Shown here: positions 11,914 through 17,933 of the stretch, one piece after another | How the letters are laid out: every line of letters begins with the position of its first letter | Numbering within the stretch: position 1 is the first letter of the stretch | DNA from: Bugula neritina | Lineage: Eukaryota > Animalia > Bryozoa | Assembly: GCA_964035545.1 (NCBI GenBank) | Contig: CAXIUT010000046.1 | Location: 1 to 17,933 of the forward strand | DNA: 17,933 nt | Reading direction: 5' to 3' | Made by a program: the position numbers and the translations under genes | Notes under the pieces: model-generated | Databases searched by the model: none | The model's input: only the letters and a program-made list of their open reading frames with translations | What the model was told of the DNA's origin: nothing

Positions 11914-12792
11914 TCATTGTTGCTTGCATTCTGGCTTCTATATCTCTTTCTTTACCTTCTTCTTTGGATTTATGCCCTACACCTATGAGTCGTCATCCTC
12001 GGCTTAGAGGTCCACTGGGATATCGTTTTTTGTCATGTAGAAGTAAAGGGAATTGCAGTAGTCTCGGTATAGTTAGTTTGCTAGACTGACTGCTTCTTGG
12101 TTGTCTGTTTTCGGGTCGAATAAAACAGTGAATACTGAAAGAGGATTCTTTTATCCTTTGAAATTAATTTTATCTCTATTTACTTAACAGCATAACTAAT
12201 TATCTTTGACAAAGTTTTTAACTTCTATGTTAAGAACGGTATTGCTAAATATTTCTGGAGGTTATTTGAATTTGAAGGTCAATTTGATGTGATTACTATC
12301 TCTATCTTAGTTGAGTAGTTGGCATTGGAAGGAGCTAATTTGACCAAAAGCATCAATATCTTATTCTAATTCGATGAGTCCGGAGTTGATGTAGACGATT
12401 TGCCAGTAGTTATCAAGAGCTTTGACTTTTTATTTACTATTTTTATGATTTTTAACTTATCCTGAGACGACTTATCCGATTTATTGATAGATGGGATGTT
12501 TCAACAACTCATATTTATCTTTTATGAGGTTGATTTCTTATCTCATTTTTAAATCTGTCTAAAGTTATTATTTTTTAAGACTATAAAGAGCTAGCCATGC
12601 CATCTTTTACTATGGAGAACCCTATTGTGTTTGTGTGCCTATGATCTCAAGTAAATCTAGTTGTTATTTGTTACGTTATTATGAATCTGATTCATTGTTG
12701 CCCAGTAACATATCTTAGTCATCTTCTTCGAGTTATTATTAAGGTTAAGGTTATTTTTGTTTTTTTTGTGGTTTTGTTTGTTTTGATGGCAT
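11914..12792 (-). CDS. NAP1: Nucleosome assembly protein (NAP1 family histone chaperone), 292 aa
   Basis: Acidic N-terminus, a long dimerisation helix (INLIKDKYELLKHPIYQEIGEVVSGE), LDNYWQIV...EEDIDAF...IKLTFKF...FSNTVL, SLYFY, an acidic tail and a terminal KPECKQQ (the NAP1 prenylation motif). Confidence 0.88.
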
Positions 12793-12934
12793 AATTTAAT
12801 TTATTTATAGGCGCATTAAATAAACTAATATATGTCAATAATTAGTCAACAAATCAAATACTTATTCAATAACATTTTTTTTAGTTTTTGATATCTTTTT
12901 ATCACTTATAATTCAAAAGAATAAAATTATCAAA

Positions 12935-14380
12935 ATGTAATCCTCAAAACTCCAAACTCTTCTAGCAATATAATCAATGATCCAATCAACTGATGAACTT
13001 CCTCACAATCATTGTTAATGTTACCATTGTGTTCTTAATACGAAACCATTGACTAAAATATTAGCTCCTCGATAGGTCTCACAAAAATAAAAAATAATGG
13101 GCAACACTAAAGCTTACTAATTTGTACTAAAATAAATGACCAAAGGATTTGCAGGTAGATCGCTTGTTCCAGATGTTTTTATTGTTTCAGATTCTGTCAT
13201 GGTCTATCAAGGCAAAGGAAATGGAAGACCCAGAATTAAAGAGCATCAAACCAATATGGATGCTAAAAAACATTTTTAGGAACAAAGAAGAAGAGGTGTA
13301 ACTGGACTAGGAATATCTCAACTTATGGTGAGCTCTATTTTTACTATTCCTGAGTAGTCAGGTGTTAATACTGGTCCTACTACAAAGCAACTTCAAAAAG
13401 AGGTGTCAATATTGGCTTATCATGATGGTACATAGCAAATATTAACCTAGGCTCTTCTGAGTAAGATCTTGGGCAAAAGAAAAAACGATCCTAGTTGGTA
13501 AGGAGTATCTCATTTGCTTTTACTTCCTCCTGAAATGCGTTCTCCATTGAATAAAGTCAGACATGAATACATCCGTTCAGCTGATACTTTGCCATAACTG
13601 ACTCCATTGATTGAAAAACTAGCTTTACAGTTGGATAGTATAGAATAAAATAACATGTTAAGAGGAGTTAGTCGTTTGTAGAATAATAAATTGAGCTATC
13701 TGAAGGTGTAATAATAATAAGAAATGGAGTCATCGATAAATCCTTAAAGGTTGTGGTAGACTTCAGTTCGTAAGACAAAATCGATGATAATACCTAAACG
13801 TAATAGTTCTGTGATGGTTTAATAGATGAAGCCTGAGTATATAAAAAGTGCTTGTTTATAATTGGTGGCTTTTATTGAAGTAACTGCATTTATTCGGATC
13901 TTGAAAGCTGATTTTTAGTTTTTTAAAGCCAATAATAAACTGTATCTTTCCAATATTCTCAATTTTATCTATTAGGAAATAGAAGGATAGCAGTTGACGA
14001 TGGTTCATGATCGATATCGCCCTATGTAGTAGATACAGTTGAAAGAGGTGGCTGCTAAGAAGCAGGAGCTGGATTAGTTGTAGGCGAGATAGTTGTGGAA
14101 GATATGTGGAAATATGATTAAAGAATCTTTGGAATTGAGGAAGGTGGAGTTGAAGTTAGAGAGTTATAAGGCACCATCTGAGTAAACTAGACTTAAAATA
14201 TTTATGAAAATATTTCCAGATTTTAAGGTCTAAAAGATATTTTAAAGTATCAATTGGAAAAATTAGTTAGGTTCTTTTATTTCATAAAGTAAATTGAAGA
14301 TCAATAAAGTTATTCGAGAAGATTAAGGAATAAGAATATTGAGGAGATTTGGAATATAATTCAGAAGAACTTTTCATTGA
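12935..14380 (+). CDS. Hypothetical protein, 481 aa
   Basis: 482-codon ATG to TGA frame under UAR=Glu with an N-terminal HNHCECYHC cluster. No family recognised. Confidence 0.78.
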
Positions 14381-14457
14381 TTTTTAGATAATTTAAACAT
14401 TTATAAATATTTTATCAAATAAACAAAAGTAAATTAAGCAATATATACAAAGTAAAA

Positions 14458-15668
14458 TCATTCTTTCTATGGGATATCTGTTACAAGAAAGGAAGTATTC
14501 CCGAAATCCTCTCTAATCGGATTAAAACTGCTTTTAGTTTGTGCCCAACTTTCTAAACTAAATTCTCCAATAAATTCATAAGATTTAACTACTTTAGCCT
14601 ACTTATTTAATACTTGTTTGTGCATTTGAGAGAGTAATCCAAAATCTACTGGAAAAAATATATCAGCTTATCCTCTTTTAACTAAATAGTTCTCATAATC
14701 TGTCTTCTACTAGCTTTTATAGCCTTTGCGGGAGACGATGGGAGCATTGATTCCTGGAACAGTCGTGACTAATCTATCGAAATCACTGATGACTAGATGG
14801 CAGTTGGGTATGTTTTTGTTCATTGACTTGAGTAGTTGTAGGAGGTATGTGGGAAGGAAAAGATCTTTGGAGTTGGTATTTATTTTTTTTATCATTTTGT
14901 TGACAAAAAATTATGCTATTTTATCCATGAAGGGTTGTTTTATGACTTATGAACGATCAAGAGATTGATACATTTTTAAACACTACTTTATGAGTGGATC
15001 TTTATCTATATTTTATTTAGATTATTGATTGTTTTAGATATTAACAACAGAAAAATCTTCATATTTTTTAGTTTATTAATTCCAAATGGCTTTATCATGT
15101 GGTAAATTATCGAGTACTTAAAAGAATAATACAAAGCATGATTAATTTTCTTTGTAATTAGAGATATCTTGATTAATGATTTTGATTTGTTTGTTTTTGA
15201 TAAGTGAAGGAAAAGATTTGGACAGCTTTTGTTAAATTCTTTTACATAGAGAAGGTGATATTTCTACTATTGAATATTCTACTAAAGGTAGTAGTTATCT
15301 TTTGAAGTTACTGAAAAAATATAAAATTGATTATGCTGCACTACCTGTCCCAGCACCCGCTTATACTATCTTTATTTTTTGTTTTTTGTTATATCTCTAA
15401 TGTGCCTATACTAGATATCTTGCTATGGTCATTCCATAGTATGGTTTAAAGATTTCACAGGGTGTTAGCCAGGCATTTTTTGGATATTTTTGGATTAGTT
15501 ATTTTTGGTAGTCATCGTAGCCGATGAGTTGATTGAAGTTTATGGGTGAGGAGAGTTATCCTACTTGGAAGTCTGTATGAGTTGGTGGTTACTAGATTTG
15601 CAGAAGTAGCCTTGAGTTGGATGGTAGAGGCGATCGTAGATGTAGTGTCTTAGAGGTACTAATCGCAT
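14458..15668 (-). CDS. NDUFAF7/MidA-family SAM-dependent methyltransferase, 396 aa; intron 15573-15592
   Basis: Motifs RHYIYDRLYHPTQGYF, WLTPCEIFKPYYG, motif I IVEAGAGTG, VEISPSL, FEVLDNLPHD, SDFD, GINAPIV, ADIFFPVDF and NPIREDFGNTSF. Confidence 0.88.
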
Positions 15669-15678
15669 TATATTTAAT

Positions 15679-16905
15679 ATGGAATTAACCAACGAACAAC
15701 TAGCATAGCAAATCAAAAGGTTAAAAAATTAACAACTCTACAAACAAACCATGATCGATAGTATTGTTGCTACTGATCCTGAAATCAAAGCTATGAGAAA
15801 AAAAATCGATGCTTCTTATACGAGTAAATAACGAGCTAAACAAATAACTGAAAAACAAGTGAGAACTTTAGAAGAAAAGAGTTAAGAATCTCAAAAAGAA
15901 GCTTAGATGTTGATGGCTGCTAGAGAAGAGATGCAAAGAAGAGAAGCTCAGAGGAGAGCAGTTCTTTAAAAAGAAAAATAGATCCAACAGATTCAAAATT
16001 CTCAGATGCTTAATCGTAGAGAATATGAAGAGGAAGCCCGTCGAGAGTACCTAAAAGAGAAAGGAATAGTCGATAGATAATATCAGAAAATGGTGTAGGA
16101 CTAACGAGCCAAAATGGAGGTATAGTAAAAAAAGAAAAAAGAGCTGTATGAGGCAATGAAAGAGCAGTTTAAACTTAAGGAGGAGATCAGATTTGAGGCT
16201 TAAGTAGCTGATCGACAGTAATTGGAGAAGATAGCGCAGTATCAGAGTCGATTGGATGGAAGAGACAAATTACAAAAGATAGAGATGCAGAAGAAATAGA
16301 AAGAGAAGGAAGCGATATATTTGAAGTTGAAGGCTGCGGATGAGTAAAGGAAAAAGGAAGTTGAGAGGTTGTAACAAATGAGAATGGAGTATTATCAATT
16401 TATTAAAGAAGAAGAACTGGATAAGAGAGAATTAGAGGAACAGCAAAAGAAAGATAGGTTTAGAAGATTGCTACAAGAAGCAGCAAAAGAACAGAAAGAG
16501 ATGAAGTAGAGACAGAAACAATAGGAACATTATTTGTAGTAACAATTCAGGATAAGAATGCTGGAAAGGATGGCATAACAATAAAAATTGTAGCAACTAG
16601 CTCGTGAGAAGAAGAGAATGAAAGAGTTATAGCATAAAAAGGAGGTTTAGAGACTGTGGCAGATCAAATTGTAGCAATACCGATAGATCAAAGAGAAATA
16701 GCAGAGATAGATAGAATAGAAAAGACTAATAGACCTTTGGCGTATTAGGATAGTATAGCAATAGAAATAGAAGATTCTTCGAGAGCACGCTCCTAATTTG
16801 ACAGGATTTTTGCATCCAGATTTGATTTAGCGAGCAAGGATAGTGGCAAACTACCATCCTTAGAATCCTCAGAATCCGGACTACTTATCAAGATATAAAC
16901 AATGA
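15679..16905 (+). CDS. MNS1: MNS1 (trichohyalin-plectin-homology domain) ciliary coiled-coil protein, 408 aa
   Basis: PEIKAMRKKIDASYTSKERAKQITEK resembles MNS1 ELRELEKKLKAAYMNKERAAQIAEK. The C-terminal IVEQEKEKILREHAPNLTGFLH resembles EEERLKLLKEHA..LLGYLP. The rest is E/K/R/Q coiled coil. Confidence 0.8.
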
Positions 16906-16950
16906 TATTATTCTTGCTATATGAAGATCTATTAGAATGAAGTTGTATCA

Positions 16951-17278
16951 TCAGTTGTGACTGAGGTATGCTTTTATTTATTGTTAGCAGTTGCCTCCTT
17001 TCTTGAGACATTCGATGGATGCTTTTCTTCGTTCTGCATCGACAGGGTTTAGTTGTCTATGTGGCGTTAGGGGTACAGTCGATGGAAGCAGTCGATGAGG
17101 GAAATGGCTGCTTATTTAGCGATTTATGGTTCGATGTGTTTTCCGATGGGAGTTGAGCGGAGAAGACTGAAGTCTTGTCTTTATTGTTTGCAGTTTTGGT
17201 TGGCTTTTATCGCTGCTACTAGCAGGTCGAATCTTGATGGAGAGGACTGTACTTTTGGTCTTGAGTGCGAGATGCCAT
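16951..17278 (-). CDS. Small 95-aa protein, degenerate CX9C/CHCH-like (NDUFA8-like, probably mitochondrial intermembrane space); introns 17233-17252 and 17057-17076
   Basis: Two 20-nt GTA...AG introns give MASRTQDQKFDLLVAAIKANQNCKQERQDFSLLRSTPIGKHIEPEIAKEAAISLIDCFHRLQLNPVDAERRKASIECLKKGGNCEQEIKAYLSHN-TGA. The gene model is solid, but the family call is tentative. Confidence 0.62.
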
Positions 17279-17331
17279 GAGATATTATTAATTATGCATT
17301 TGAGATAATAGATGATATTATTTAATATTAA

Positions 17332-17586
17332 TCAAAGAAAGGATTCTTTCTATTAGTTGTCCAAGTCGGTGATATTTATTTGTAGTATAAAAAATGATAA
17401 AAAAGGAGGGTTTATTCTTAAAGTTATTTAGCTTTTATTCATTTAAATTTCTAACTAATATAATTAGTGTTTTTAATTTATCAAAGAATTTTATTATTTA
17501 TTTAATAAGTTTGTTTCTTTTAACGCTTTAACTATTCCTTCTTCTTTTGCTTCTATTCTGTCGAAGTGGTCATATTTCTCTTCCAT
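17332..17586 (-). CDS. Possible subtelomeric 84-aa acidic ORF
   Basis: MEEKYDHFDRIEAKEEGIVKALKETNLL...DLDNEEKESFL-TGA is open under UAR=Glu. The region is very AT-rich and no motif is recognised. Confidence 0.35.
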
Positions 17587-17648
17587 TAGTTTAAAATACA
17601 AAATAATTTTCCAAGAATATTGAAAAGACTTTAATCACTATTAATGGT

Positions 17649-17716
17649 TTGGGGTTGGGGTTGGGGTTGGGGTTGGGGTTGGGGTTGGGGTTGGGGTTGG
17701 GGTTGGGGTTGGGTTG
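17649..17716 (+). repeat. Internal telomeric tract (TTGGGG)n, about 11 units
   Basis: G4T2 hexamers ending in a G3T2 variant, followed by unique sequence. Same orientation as the terminal telomere. Confidence 0.97.
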
Positions 17717-17820
17717 TGAAAGAACTTTTATTTAAAAGCATAAAGAGTAAAGTTATGACTTCAAGCAGAAAAGACTTAAAGGATGGCAATGGTTATTAGT
17801 TATATTAAACGTCAATGTGA
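17716..17820 (+). pseudogene. Orphan 3' gene fragment between the two telomeric tracts
   Basis: Reads VKELLFKSIKSKVMTSSRKDLKDGNGYELYETSM-TGA directly after the internal telomere, followed by a T-rich 3'-UTR-like stretch. Confidence 0.4.
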
Positions 17821-17857
17821 TTTTAGTTTTATTTATTGTCTTATTGAATTTGAGTAT

Positions 17858-17933
17858 GGGGGTTGGGGTTGGGGTTGGGGTTGGGGTTGGGGTTGGGGTT
17901 GGGGTTGGGGTTGGGGTTGGGGTTGGGGTTGGG
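17858..17933 (+). repeat. Right telomere, (TTGGGG)n
   Basis: Tandem G4T2 repeats run to the end of the window. Confidence 0.98.

Noticed and set aside
6610-15831. Split code UAA=Lys / UAG=Glu
   Set aside because: TAA occupies at least five conserved Glu sites in three unrelated proteins, and I saw none at an invariant Lys.
16793-17011. Minus-strand ORF overlapping the MNS1 3' end
   Set aside because: It is an alternative frame of the spliced 95-aa gene, which terminates at 16951.
179-17278. UGA readthrough, selenocysteine or a stopless ambiguous code
   Set aside because: No internal in-frame TGA remains after splicing. TGA directly follows recognisable C-termini (CNLI, CKQQ, DLFG, KQGY).
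245-17280. Supplied six-frame ORFs taken as genes
   Set aside because: They were computed with TAA/TAG as stops. Most are antisense shadows or fragments of the larger table-30 genes.
1-17933. CRISPR array, transposon, tRNA or rRNA
   Set aside because: The only tandem repeats are spacerless telomeric hexamers. I saw no transposase motifs, terminal inverted repeats or cloverleaf structures.

Overview
This window is an apparently complete, telomere-to-telomere ciliate macronuclear minichromosome: (CCCCAA)n at the left end and (TTGGGG)n at the right. It is densely packed with about 17 protein-coding genes. The supplied ORF track is fragmented because the standard code does not apply. TAA and TAG both fall at invariant glutamate positions (Rho-GTPase DTAGQ**Y, kinase YMAP*V and alphaC, methyltransferase IV*AGAGTG), and TGA is the only stop. 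This is the UAR=Glu code of peritrich ciliates (NCBI table 30), not the usual ciliate UAR=Gln code. Genes carry tiny 20-22 nt GTA...AG introns, and intergenic gaps are as short as 10 nt. Recognisable products are profilin, a Rac/Rho GTPase, ribosomal P2, a DPY-30/GAF-like radial-spoke-type protein, ORC5-like, a CAMK-group kinase, PIERCE1/2-like, an LRR protein, NAP1, an NDUFAF7/MidA-like methyltransferase, MNS1 and a small CX9C-like protein. The right end is odd: an internal telomeric tract, then about 140 nt resembling the 3' end of another gene, then a second telomere. All translations were done by hand and family assignments come from recalled motifs, not database searches.
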